A stretch of DNA of 64,000 nt from Macrostomum lignano. Lineage: Eukaryota. Shown piece by piece: positions 10,492 through 22,960 of this stretch. How positions within the stretch are numbered: position 1 is the first letter of the stretch; the number at the start of each line of letters is the position of its first letter. Location: NCBI GenBank assembly GCA_002269645.1, contig NIVC01000257.1, forward strand, positions 310,001 to 374,000. The letters run 5' to 3'. A program made the translations under genes and the position numbers. Under the pieces are notes generated by a model. It was not told where the DNA came from. It did not search any database and worked only from the letters and a program-made list of their open reading frames with translations.

Positions 10492-13400
10492 TTATCCAGG
10501 AAACAGGCGCTCCTCAACAAACTTGAGCTGCCAAACTTTGCCGGCCATCTCCTGGAAGGTTTCCCTGCCCAGCAGCTGCACAAGGCCGGCCTCGGTGTCC
10601 TTGGAGGGATCGTCCAGTATCGCGTAGCACTGGCGCAGCAGGTCAACGCCCAGCCGCTGCAGGCAGTCTTTGCGTAGCTGCACCAGCCGCTCCTGCAGGC
10701 GCGTTGTGCGCCCGATGGTCTCCTCTCGGGACTCCACCGGGCCAGCGTTCCCAGCCTCAGCCTCCGATTCCTCATCATCATGATCATCATCTTCCTCTTC
10801 ACTGTTGCTGCGCTGGTCTCCGGGCCGCTTCTGTTTTTTGTGAACAGATAGTGTGACAGTCATCTGTTCGACCAGCTCCTCCATGTCCTCGGCGGCCTCC
10901 TCGGCGGCCACAGACGATGGCGGCCGGTGAACATCGTCGCGATCCGGCTCCTCATAGATGTCGTCGGGCGCTTGCGGCCGGGGCGATGACAGCTGACGAG
11001 GCTGGAGTAATTATTGTGAAATTTAAATCACGAGGCGATAAAGTTTAATTTACAATTAATCTATACATAATATTAAAAGTCAAGACCAATTAGAAGACTA
11101 TATACATTGAGGACAATAGAGATTCGAAAATTAGCGTAGCTAATCAGAAAATTATATACGTTAATTGAAAGCCAGGTTTAATGCAAGCACAAATTTCAGT
11201 GAATTTTGAGTTTGTATACAATTAGGCGTGTTAAATGAATAACTAAAAGGAAGTGAAAGCTTCTATACGAGTTTATTAAAAATAACGATATTTATAAAAA
11301 ATAACACCGCCAATTCAACCCCAACCAACCGAGCCTGAATGTACACACGCTCTCGGGGAGCCCCACTTAACCCAATCCAATCCAGCCGCCTGAATGTGCA
11401 CACGCTCTCGGGAAGCTTCAATTAACCCACCCCAATCCAGCCGCCTGAATGTGCACACGCTCTCGGGAAGCTTCAATTAACCCACCCCAATCCAGCCGCC
11501 TGAATGTGCACACGCTCTCGGGAAGCTTCAATTAACCCACCCCAATCCAGCCGCCTGAATGTGCACACGCTCTCGGGAAGCTTCAATTAACCCACCCCAA
11601 TCCAGCCGCCTGAATGTAGGCACGCTATCGGGGAGCCCCGTTTCACCCACACCAATCCAGCCACCTAAATGTGCACACGCTCTCAAAGAGCCCCGCTTAA
11701 CCCACCAAATCCAGTCGCTTGAATGAACTGTACACACGCTAGATAAGTCAAACTGCAAAAATTATTTTTAGTTCTCGAAAAACATGGCAGGAGGTTAGGA
11801 TTATTAGTCTAGCAATTTAAATCAAACCGCTCGTGTAGTGTTATCATTTCTCCCCTAGGGATCGGCAGTGCAAGATACCAAAAAGGAATTACCAACAAAT
11901 TCCCTCTGTCTCTAGCATCCATGGCCTTAGCCCGATCTGAGTCAGACGCGTGACGCGGTTTCGCCACCGGCAGCCGAGGCTGCAGCACCAGCGACTCGTT
12001 TGCGTCCGGGACGGGAGCCGACCTTTGCGCGGCTGCTTGGCAACCGGATATTGGCAAAAAGTCCGGTTTAATTATTGCACTACTTGAAGTATGTTTGTAC
12101 GAGCTATTCGAGGAAATGTATAACTTATAAAACATTCTAAGAAAGCATTCCACATTAACACCAAGACTAGAATAAAATTGGATAGCAATAATCAGTACGA
12201 CGCCGATAAGACAATAAATAGTACTTTTTCTACTTGCTACCAAGAGTAGAAAAATGTGAAAACTATCGTAGGAAAATTTCTTTAAAATATGGCTCCAAAT
12301 CTTGATATACCGATCTCGGGGTCAAGGCGACATCATAGGTTTCGTTCATTGAGGCTGATCGGGTTGGGCGAAAAGGATTTTATAGTTAGAATTGCATATA
12401 CAGATAGGCCTTACTCAGCCCCACTTTTGCAGTAATATCTCCCCCAGCCACACTCACGCTGCGCGTTCACGCTTAGCTGTTCACGACGGCGCCGTCTAGC
12501 AGCCGTGTCGATGCGAGCTTCACGCTCACGCTGACGTTCTTGTTCACGCTGACGTTCCTGTTCACGCTGGCGCTCTTGTTCCCGTTCACGTTCACGCTGA
12601 CGTTCCTGTTCACGCTGGCGCTCCTGTTCTCGTTCACGTTCACGCTGACGCTCTCGTTCTTTGTCTCGATTCGGATTACGTTCACGCTCCTGCTCACGCT
12701 GCCGTTCACGTTCACGCTGCCGTTCACGTTCACGTTCACGCTCTCGTTCACGTTCACGCTCTCGTTCACGTTCACGCTCTCGTTCACGCTCACGCTCTCG
12801 TTCACGTTCACGTTCGCGCTCGCGCAATTCGCGGTCGCTGGCCCTAGCAGCGGCCTCGGCTGGCAGCGGCGGGTCCTCGCGAGCCCGTTGAGGAACCTCT
12901 CGGCGGGCCTCCGAACGGCGGTTGCCACCGCCGCCGCCAGCCGGCGCAGTGGACGGTCGATTGGCCGTGGCGTCCAGAAACATCTGAATGTTGCGCCGGA
13001 TAAAGCGATCGCGCAGGATTCGATTCACTGACGGCCGCTTGTCCGGGTCCTGGCTGAGCATGGCTCGGATCAGAGCCACAAGCTCGGCGCTGTACTGCAT
13101 GGGCATGTCGGGCATTCGGCCCTGCAGGATCTTGTTCGACAGCGAGTTGAAATCGCGGGCGTTGAATGCGTGCTTCAGAGTGGCCATCTCGTATACGCAG
13201 CAACCGAGAGCCCAGACGTCCGACTGGATCATAAATCATTAATAAGATTGCAAAATAAGATTTTTAATGCAACACAGTGGGCATGGGCAATAAAACGGTG
13301 CCCAGCTAGGAATAGCACGTACGATAAAAAAGGAAACTAATAGACAATGTACATTTATCAGCGCAGGCGGGGGCAATGTACATATAGAAGCTTAACCCAA

Positions 13401-16400
13401 GGGGAGGTGGAGGCAGGATAGGCAATAAAACGGTTGGCCCAGCCAGGAATGGCGCAAACGATAAACAATAAAAGTAAACTAATAGCCAATGTACTAGCAA
13501 TCTACGCCCCCCGTTGGGGAGCCAAAGAAATGCAATACACGTTTTTTTTAATAAGCTACATGTATCCTTGAAATCTTAAAAAATCTCCTGTCAAACCTTG
13601 TAAGCCTTGACATGTCAGTAATTCCCCCCCACAAGCTTTAACATATCAACTTCCCCCCTTGACATCTCAGCAATGCCCCCAATAAGCCTTGGAAATCTAA
13701 AAATATATGTCAATCAACCTTCTAACCCTAGCCTAACCCTAACCCTAACCCTAAACCTAACCCTAACCCTAACCCTAACCCTAACCTAACCCTAAAGCAT
13801 TGAAATTTCAGTAATTCCCTCTAAGAGTCATTATAGCACTACTACAGCATTATTGCGATTCCCTGCAAGCCTCGACATCGTAGGGATTCCCAAATGAATC
13901 TCTTAACTTCGACATGAAGCTTTTTTTAATTTTTTACATAACGCTTTTTTTATCAGCGATCCCTCCCCTGAGGAGGCATCAAATAATGTAATAAAAAGTT
14001 TTCAATAAACTACATGTAGCTTTTGACTTTAGCCTTGAAATCTCATTTATACCCCCATGAGCCTTGACATCTCAGCTATTCCCCCTGTAAGCCTTGACAT
14101 GTCAGCGATGGCCCCCAAAAAACCTTGAAATCTAAAAAACCCCCTGTTAAACTTGAAACCCGATAAAATATAACCCTCAACCCACACCTGACCTAAACCT
14201 AACTTTAACCCAACCTAAAGTCTTGAAATCTTAGCAATTCTTCTCCCCTAAGCCTTGACATTTTAGTGATTCCTTCTTTAAGAATCACAGCACTATAACG
14301 ATTTCCACCAAGCTTTGACATCGTAGCAATTCCCAAATGAATCTTTTAACTTCGACATGACTTTTCTTTTATGTATACATAGTGCCACTTTTATTTTTTA
14401 CATGACTCTTCTTCTATCAGCGCCTCCCCCCGTGGCGAGCCAACAAAGAATGCAATAAAAAAATTGAGTAAAGTACATGAACTTTGAAGTAGCTTCTGGC
14501 TTTTGCTTTGACATCTCAGAAACCCCTCCCCCGTAATCTCAGTTATTCTCTGAGAGCCTTTACGTCTGTTTTTCTCCCCAGCACAGCATTATAGCTGCAT
14601 TTAATTTTTACATGACACCCTTCATGTCTGACATGACGCTTCTTTTATTCTACCATGATGCTTCCTTATTTTTTACATGACGCTTCTATGATTTTTTCAT
14701 GACGCTTCTTTTATTCTACCATGATGCTTCCTTATTTTTTACATGACGCTTCTATGATTTTTTCATGACGCTTCTATGATTTTTTACATGACGCTTCTAT
14801 GATTTTTTACTTGACGCTTCTATGATTTTTTACTTGACGCTTCTATGATTTTTTACATTACGCTTCTATGATTTTTTCATGACGCTTCCATGATTTTTAC
14901 ATGACGCTTCTATGATTTTTTACTTGACGCTTCTATGATTTTTTACATGACGCTTCTATGATTTTTTTACATGACGCTTCTATGATCTTTACATGACGCT
15001 TCTATGCTTTTACATTACGCTTCTATGATTGTTTACATGACGCTTCTATGATTGTTTACATGACGCTTCTATGATTTTTTATGACGCTTCTACGATTTGT
15101 TACATGACGCTTCTATGATTGTTTACATGACGCTTCTATGATTTTTTACATGGCGCTTCTATGATTGTTTACATGACGCTTCTATGATTGTTTACATGAC
15201 GCTTCTATGATTGTTTACATGACGCTTCTATGATTTTTACATGACGCTTCAATGATTTTTACATGACGCTTCTATGATTTTTTACATGACGCTTCTATGA
15301 TTTTTTACATGACGCTTCTATGATTGTTTACATGACGCTTCTATGATTTTTTCATGACTTCTACGATTTTTTACATGACGTTTCTATGATTGTTTACATG
15401 ACGCTTCTATGATTTTTTACATGACGCTTCTATGATTTTTTATGACGCTTCTATGATTTTTACATGATGCTTCAATGATTTTTACATGACGCTTCAATGA
15501 TTGTTTACATGACGCTTCTATGATTTTTTACATGACGCTTCTATGATTGTTTACATGACGCTTCTATGATTGTTTACATGACGCTTCTATGATTGTTTAC
15601 ATGACGCTTCTATGATTTTTACATGACGCTTCAATGATTTTTACATGACGCTTCTATGATTTTTTACATGACGCTTCTATGATTTTTTACATGACGCTTC
15701 TATGATTGTTTACATGACGCTTCTATTATTGTTTACATGACGCTTCTATGATTTTTACATGACACTTCTATGATTGTTTACATGACGCTTCTATGATTTT
15801 TTACATGACGCTTCTATGATTGTTTACATGACGCTTCTATGATTTTTTCATGACTTCTACTATTTTTTACATGACGTTTCTATGATTGTTTACATGACGC
15901 TTCTATGATTTTTTACATGACGCTTCTATGATTTTTTATGACGCTTCTATGATTTTTACATGATGCTTCAATGATTTTTACATGACGCTTCAATGATTGT
16001 TTACATGACGCTTCTATGATTGTTTACATGACGCTTCTATGATTGTTTACATGACGCTTCTATGATTGTTTACATGACGCTTCTATGATTTTTTGCATGA
16101 CTATTCTATGATTTTTTACATGACGCCTTTAGTCCTTTAATTAATTATTTTTTTAATAAAAGCTTTTAATAAAAAAATTTACTACTAAGAATCGAACCCA
16201 GGTCGCTGCATTAGCAGTCCAGTCTGTTAACTTCTAGGCTAGATCTTATCGAATTTATAAGTGAAATTGTAGCACTTATATAATTCAACACTCACTCACG
16301 AAGCAGTTATGACATAATCAATTTCCCAGGCAAGTCAGTATCAGTCTCAATTAAAGTTGACAATATGGTTACGCAATCTAAATCAAGTCTGGTGCTACGC

Positions 16401-17822
16401 TTCCACACTGCATTTTCAATACTGTGACGCAATTCAAGTCAGAGTTACAATTCAGTTATGATGCAATCTATTTCAGAATCAGAATTCAACCAGTCAGTTT
16501 TTTCTCTAGCATTCTTACAATGCATTTCAAGTCGAAAAGTTTGCTTGACCTTTGCAAAAAAGCATGTTTTTCGAATATTTAATGCCTTTAGCATCGAGCA
16601 ATTTCATAGCCACGATGCATGTACCGTCACGGGAAAATTTCTGATCGAACAGTGCAAGTCTCATGAAAATCGGTTAAGCCATTTTTTCTCTAATCGATCA
16701 CATAGATAGATAGATAGATAGATAGACACAGACAGACCATTTTTAGTATATTGGACATTTATCAGAGCAGGCGGGGGGACTGTACATGTAGAAGCTTAAC
16801 CTCAGGGGAGGTGGAGGGAGGATAAGGCAATAAAACGGTTGGCCCAGCCAGGAATGGCGCAAACGATTAACAGTAAAAGGAAACTAATAGCCAATGTACA
16901 TTTATCAGAGCAGGCGGGTGGGGGAATGTACATATGGAAGCTTAACCCAAAGGGAGGTGGAGGGAGGATAAACAATAAAAATAAAAACGGTGCCAGGAGT
17001 GGCGCCAACACTAACAAAGAACGAAGATAAGAAAGTCTTATCTGAATCAAAGAGACATGGTGCTACTGAATTGATAGTAGTTGAAAAGCACATGTGACCA
17101 ATTAAATTATTATTTCAGACGTTTTAGCCCAGTAAGAGCGAATTAGTAGGCAAAGTACTATTGCTTTCTTTAATTCGATGAATCAACGAATCACTCCTCA
17201 CCTTATGATTGTAGGGCTTATTAGAAAACAGCTCCGGGCTCATGTAGTAAGGAGTACCAATCAGGGTTTTGGCCATGTCGTTGGACGAATCTAGCACTCT
17301 AGCGATGCCCAGATCGCCAACTTTAATTATCCTGGATCTGGTCAGAAAAATGTTTTGCGTCTTCAAATCCCTGTGCAAAATGTTCCTCTCGTGCATGTAC
17401 TGCAGGGCCATTGTGATCTGCACGAACCACTCGACAACTTGGCGCTCAGACAGGGCGGTGCCCCGCTGCTCCTTCAGGCGGCTGTAGAGGTCGCCGCCCT
17501 CGCAGAATGCCATCACGATGTAGAGGATGCCTTTCGCCTCAAATGAGTCCTGACAATTGTATTCGATTTAATTTTTACTTTATTTTTCGCAGTCGAAATA
17601 TGCAATAAAAAGCATTACCTTGTAGCCAACAATGTTCGGGTGCTTGAGCTGGGAGAGCAGTTTGCACTCTTGCTCTGCACTTTTCCGCTCCTTCTGGTTG
17701 GCACTCTGTAGGCTGATTTTCTTCACCACAAATTGGCGCCGATCGCGAAGATGCTTTGCCAGCCAGACCTCACCATAGCTGCCCTTGCCAATGGCTTTCA
17801 GTAACTGATAGTCGTCTAGCAT
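10492..17822 (-). CDS. NEK4: NIMA-related kinase NEK4, 655 aa; exons 17822-17619, 17549-17202, 13223-12458, 12032-11893, 11001-10492
   Basis: Kinase motifs [86 protein letters not shown]. The C-terminal LGVDLLRQCY...QLKFVEE resembles the NEK4 tail. All junctions are GT-AG and frame-consistent (1968 nt). Confidence 0.92.
11325..11740. repeat. Minisatellite, 55-bp unit, NEK4 intron 4
   Basis: Repeated ttaacccaccccaatccagccgcctgaatgtgcacacgctctcgggaagcttcaa. Confidence 0.92.
13277..13497. repeat. Dispersed ~130-bp repeat units, also at 16745-17010 in the same orientation, bracketing the core of NEK4 intron 2
   Basis: Both sites share ggcaataaaacggt...cccagc.aggaat, aaaaggaaactaatag.caatgtacatttatcag and gaagcttaacc. 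Confidence 0.75.
13500..14470. repeat. Two diverged ~455-bp tandem units, each with an internal (CCCTAA)n-like tract
   Basis: Paired landmarks: ctacatgta at ~13556 and ~14011; ttaacttcgacatga at ~13903 and ~14347; atcagcg...ccc...aataaaa at ~13952 and ~14416. Confidence 0.7.
13722..13795. repeat. Interstitial telomere-type repeat (CCCTAA)n, about 12 units
   Basis: ctaaccctagcctaaccctaaccctaaccctaaacctaaccctaaccctaaccctaaccctaacctaaccctaa. Confidence 0.9.
14605..16130. repeat. Minisatellite, ~22-24 bp unit (catgacgcttctatgattttttta / ...attgttta), NEK4 intron 2
   Basis: Direct inspection; variable T-run length. Confidence 0.97.
16186..16245 (-). mobile_element. tRNA-derived Pol III head (SINE-like remnant)
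   Basis: The minus strand reads gatctagcctagaagttaacagactggactgctaatgcagcgacctgggttcgattctt. Its A-box-like tagcctag and B-box ggttcgattc resemble the SINE head at 53116. Confidence 0.55.
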
Positions 17823-19084
17823 GCTAGGGTATTGTTGGAAACATGCAAAAATTGTAAGTTTTGATGTAAACTAAGTTTAATTTAAAAAACACTGGCAATT
17901 TGAAACTAGGTAGTAAATCTGTCTGTAAATATAAAAATAGAATGAATATTTACCAATTTTTTACTTTAAATGAATCTAATTTATTAATTGTTAGCCTTAT
18001 TATGATAAAATTTTATGATTTTAGACTAACTTATTAAGCTCAGAATATTTATATTATAATTTAAAATTCAATAATTAGTTAGTAAAGAATTGACCATTAT
18101 TAGGTAATCATTTTAATGATTTTTGTTTGCAAATTAGCAGTAAGAAGATACTTTTGGAAAAAACTTTCTTCGAATATTATAGACCTTTGCCATTTAAGAG
18201 CTAAAATAAAATTGTTGTCTATTGAGCCTAGGTTTTACAATAGCAATCAATACTCAATTTAAACATTTAAATCAAACCATTTAAGTATCATATGATTATA
18301 AAAGCTCTGCAAAAATTAAAACTAATAAAGTATGTCATTTTACTGATTCTAAAATCAAATCAGATCCTAAAGACTGAATCTTAAACTGTTTTGAAATAGT
18401 TTTAAAAAGTAGTAAACTGCAATTTAATGTTGATCTATACATTAGGATTTATTTTAATTAGTAAAAAACGAGCAAAAGATAGCTTGCCATTGGCATTGCC
18501 AGTTGCCAGTTACTAGTAGTTAGTAACTAACTTCAATAGATACTTTTACATATTAAAACTTCGTGGATTCTTGCTTTCAGCCATTGATGCACTCGTTAAC
18601 GTTCACTATTTATCCTATCCATTTGTTTTATAGATTTTATGTAGAAGGTGCCGGTGGGTCAATATGGCAATGGAACCGCCACTTTTTGATGTGGTCCATC
18701 TGGCCTGGGGCGATGCTCCTAATTCTGTTAAGAAAATCAAATATTTTTGCTATATAATGCATACTTTAATCTTCGCTGCTTGGCTGAGGCTTATCCCGTC
18801 AAATCCCACCATTTTTTTTAAAACGCCTATGCTTTTGAAGAAAAATTAAATATTAAACTATGCTATTTTAAACCGATTTTTTTAAACTCCATATAAAATG
18901 ACTGTTTAAATTTCTTGTTTCTAGTAAAGCTTTTACATAGATGTGCATTATAACAAGTTAATTAAATTTCTTAAGTTTTCTTGCAAAAAAATCTGCTGTA
19001 AGTGAAATAGTGCATTAAATTGTTACAGAATTGTATTTTTTACTTCTGATAGAAAGCCCAGTTATGCCGAAAACTACGTGTATT

Positions 19085-22000
19085 TGTCATGGTTAGTTGT
19101 GTGCCTGCTTACACCTGTTTAGTGTAGCTCCGTCAAGTGTACGCTTGGCGTTCCCCCTCCTCAGTGTACATGGTGGGGTTGTGGTTGCGTCAGAGAGACT
19201 TTGAATCAAATATATAACTTATGGCATGCGTCTCAGTGAGCGCTCTAATTCTTATATCTTATTTAAATGTACTAGTTCAATTGACGGCCCTCAGCCTTAT
19301 TCATTTTCTACAAAATGGCCCCCGAACTCATTAGTGAATTTCACATTAGTGAAATTATTGTCTTTATAGTGCTACAGTGACTCAGCGATTTCTCATCAGT
19401 TCAGCATGAACAGCTCCAAAATACGTGGAGTTTTGATAGTGACGGTCACCAGATTGGCACAAAAAGCCCAAGACCTCCTCAACTTAGCTAGGGGCTGCTG
19501 AGGAAGATATCGACAGCCTACTGGAAGCCCTGTGCCTAAAAAACAACAGCTGCTGGCAGCGGATGAAGAGCTGTCCGTTGAGATCGACGAGAAGCTCCAA
19601 AAGAGGATGTGGAGAAGACCATGGAGTACGATCGAGCTGCTGGCTGGAAAGATGATTTCGAGTCTTGCCAAGCGACTGCAGTCTTCAGGCCGTGCGGGAA
19701 AGCCGCATGCAGGCAAAAGAGCAGCAGCAATCGAAAGAATCAACTCCATCCACGTCACTACGAGAGAATTCTGCATTGATGACTACTCCGGCCATTAGGC
19801 TACCCAAGCTGCCGCCGCCAGCATTCAAATGGATATCGGATGCAATGGTGCATTCTGGGACCGCTTCAGTTACAGCATCCACGATAACCCGAACCTCAGT
19901 ATCGTTGACAAATTTAGCTACCTGCAATCGCGCCTTTCAGGAGAAGCCAAGAATTCGATCGCCGCCTTAACATCACAGCCGAGAACTACGTAAGATCGCG
20001 ATCGATAACCTGCAACGACGGTTGGATACCGGAGAGTAGCCGTGCGCGATCATCTGGCAAAGTTTTAGGCTCTGACCTGTTCAGGTGCTTCAGTCCACCA
20101 CCTCAGAAACTTCTACGATCAAGTCAACGGCAATGTCCGCAGCCTGGAGAATCTCGGGGTGAGTGTTGCTTCATACGAGACTATGTTGCTGCCCAAGTTG
20201 CCGGAAGTGGTCCGCCTCGGGATGCGTAGAAATGCCATGATGGTTGCCGCGTACGGCTTTTTTATGGTGGCAGTCAGCTACAAGTGACGGATGAGAACGG
20301 ATTAGATTCGATTAAAGAATTCTTCAATGTCCTGGACTTAGCTCGTAGAAATCCTGGTTAGGGAGGAAGCGGCTCTCAGAGCAGGAGTTCAAGCAGCCAG
20401 TTCATCACAGACTCCCACGGTTGACAGGCAAACCAAGAAAGGTACGACGGTATCTGCTTTGCAGACGAAGGCTACGAAGGTCGCTAGAGCCAGCAGCATA
20501 TGTCCTTACTGTGACGCTGAACATTGCCCCGGAGAGTTGCAATCGACTGTGCCCACTAGGCTTCAGTTGCCTCTCTAAAGGTCATGCCACCAAAAAAACT
20601 TGTTATCAGAAGAAGCAGTGTGACTTCTGCAAGTTAAAGCATCATCCCAGTCTCTGCGCTGCGCGAGTGGAACAGCCACCGAGACCGGCAGACAAGACGC
20701 CTAGTTGCACCTTCGATACGGCGGGTTCAGGAAGGAAGAAACTCGAACAGTCGGACGCGCAGTGACAAGAGCCACGAAGTAAAGACTAATGGAAATGGTA
20801 ACCAAGGCCCAGACAGTGATTCCTCTTACTGCGGGAGCTGTGCTGATTTAACCAGAAGGATGCAGTGAAACACGGGTTCGAATTCTTTTCGACTCTGCGA
20901 GCAACCGTTCGTTCATCCTGTCAGGCTTAGCTGAGCGTATGGGACTCTGTATGATCGGCAAAGAGACAATGGAAGTGACGACATTTGGAGGCACAGAGCC
21001 CAAGGTTCCTACAAATGGAGAAGGTCGAGTTCCAACTTCGTAAGCTCGACGGCGTCACTCCCTTCACATTGTGCGCCAACACAGTACTCTACATCTGCTC
21101 TCATCAGCCCGTTGTCAACAGCTTGCGCAGCGATCACTTCCTACATCTGGATCTGGCAGACTGGGACATCGGCAGCGAGCAGCATCCAGAGATCAACATC
21201 CTCGTATGAGCTGACCAGTTTTATGACCCTGTCACAGGACAGGTGGATCGTTCTGAAATCAGAACGGGGCTGGTTGCAGTAGCCAGTCAGCTTGGGTGGC
21301 TCCTGTGTGGCTCCTTGTCCGACGCCATTTCGGCAGGAGAACTGGAAGGCAAGAAAGGGCAAGTGCTTCTCTGCTGCGCACACGGAGCTAACAAAGGCCT
21401 TGAAAACTGTTCCATGGAGACGTTTTGGACGCTTGAAGGCATTGGCATTACCAGCGCATCCGAACCTGAGCAAAAGGCCTTTCGAATTGGACACTCAATT
21501 CGAGGCTTCAGAGCAACCTGAGAAGACTGCGCCGTGAACCCGCACTGCTGCAGGAGTACCACCGCATTCTGATGAGCCAGAAAGAAGCTGGAATAGTGGA
21601 GGAGGTTTCCGTCGGCACGCACCATCTTGACCACTACTTGCCTCACCGAGCAATGATTCGTCCTGAAGCAGAGTCGACGAAAGTCAGAGTGGCAAGATGC
21701 CAGTGCTAAGCGAGATCGGTGGAGCTCGTCCTTGAATGAGTGCCTGGAGACTGGATCGTGCTCGTTGGCCCAGATTCCTCGTCTTCTTCAAGCATTCCGG
21801 TTTCATCCGATCGCTCTTACAACTGATATTGAAAAGGTGTTTCTTCAGATTCGCATTGCTGAAGATCGGGATGCACTGCGTTTTCTCTGGCCACAGGGAT
21901 CTAAGTCGGGCTGAATCGCCTCTCATAAAGAGATCTATGTGGACAATCTAATCTCTGGATGCGCAAGCGAACGACAAGCCATGGAACTCATCCAAAGATC

Positions 22001-22960
22001 CCGTCACGTCTTCAGCCAGGCAGGAATGAATCTACGCCATTGGCAGTCAAACAGTAAAGCGATTTTGCCGGCAGTTCGAGCTAACACAACAGACCAAGAC
22101 AAATCAATCGTCCTGCTTCCTGATGTTGTTCCGGACATGGGGCTGCAGCGAGTTATAACAGATTCGGATATCTCCTCCTGGACCAAGCTCATTAGGGTGA
22201 CGGCTTACGTCTTTCGATTCGTGAGAAACTTGCAAGCTCGAACTTCCGCAGCGGGGAGGAGCGAGCAGGAACTCTGACAGCTGCAGAAGTGTCAGAAGCA
22301 GAGGAGCGTTGGCTGAAAGAGTTACTATTAATGAAGGAGTTTCCCGCTGAGATTGCTCAGTTTGAAAGGTCGACAGCATCTACGGATCTCGCAAAGCAGC
22401 TGAATCTCTTCATCGACAGCAAAGGTCTGCTCCGAAGTCAGGGTCGATTGAAAAAATAAATCAATATTACCAAAATAAATCTTGGTGCAGCTGCTTATCG
22501 GCCCATCCTTATATTCCCATACTTATCTCGAACAAGACGCATCTAGAAGTTCTCCTCATCCAGGGACGCGCACAGCAAAGTTCTGCACGGGGAAGTTCCA
22601 AGCACCCTTTACAAACTGCGTGAGAAGTTTTGGCTGATCCATGTCAGGCAGCGAGTGAAGGCTGTTGATTGGAAAATCAACGTTTTCAAGTACTTTAATG
22701 ATGAAGCATCATTAGGGGGAGTGTCGATCATGGTTAGTTGTGTTCCTGCCTAGCCTACACCCTCTGTTCTGTGTAGCGCCGTCAGGTGTACGCTTGGCGT
22801 TCCCCCTCCTCAGTGTGCATGGTGAGGGTTGTGGTTGCGTCAGAGAGACTTTGAATCAATATATAAGTTATGGCAGGCGTCTCTGTGAACGCTCTAATTC
22901 TTATTTCTTATTTGCTAGTTCAATTGACGGCCCTCTAGTCTGCCTTATTCAATTTTTACA
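19085..22960 (+). mobile_element. Decayed BEL/Pao LTR retrotransposon (~3.9 kb, internally deleted)
   Basis: Diverged LTRs at ~19085-19312 and 22722-22960. PBS-like TGGCCCCCGAAC at 19316-19327. PPT ttagggggag precedes the 3' LTR. Fragments of BEL gag (LPKLPPPAF, VDKFSYLQSRLSGEA), Cys-His knuckles, protease (ILFDSASNRSFI), RT (LNECLETG, DIEKVFLQI, DNLISG) and integrase-adjacent motifs (LIRVTAYVFRF, LREKFW) lie in broken frames. TSD not resolved. Confidence 0.9.

Noticed and set aside
13722-13795. True telomere or chromosome end
   Set aside because: Only about 12 units, lying inside an intron of an intact gene.
17823-17850. AG one base upstream of the NEK4 ATG as a trans-splice acceptor
   Set aside because: An SL AUG there would open an 18-codon out-of-frame ORF overlapping the kinase start. 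There is no supporting evidence; noted as a counter-example to the AUGA pattern.
18480-18520. ttgccattggca/gttgccagttac as an X-box upstream of the cilia-related gene NEK4
   Set aside because: Too far from the RFX consensus to call without data.
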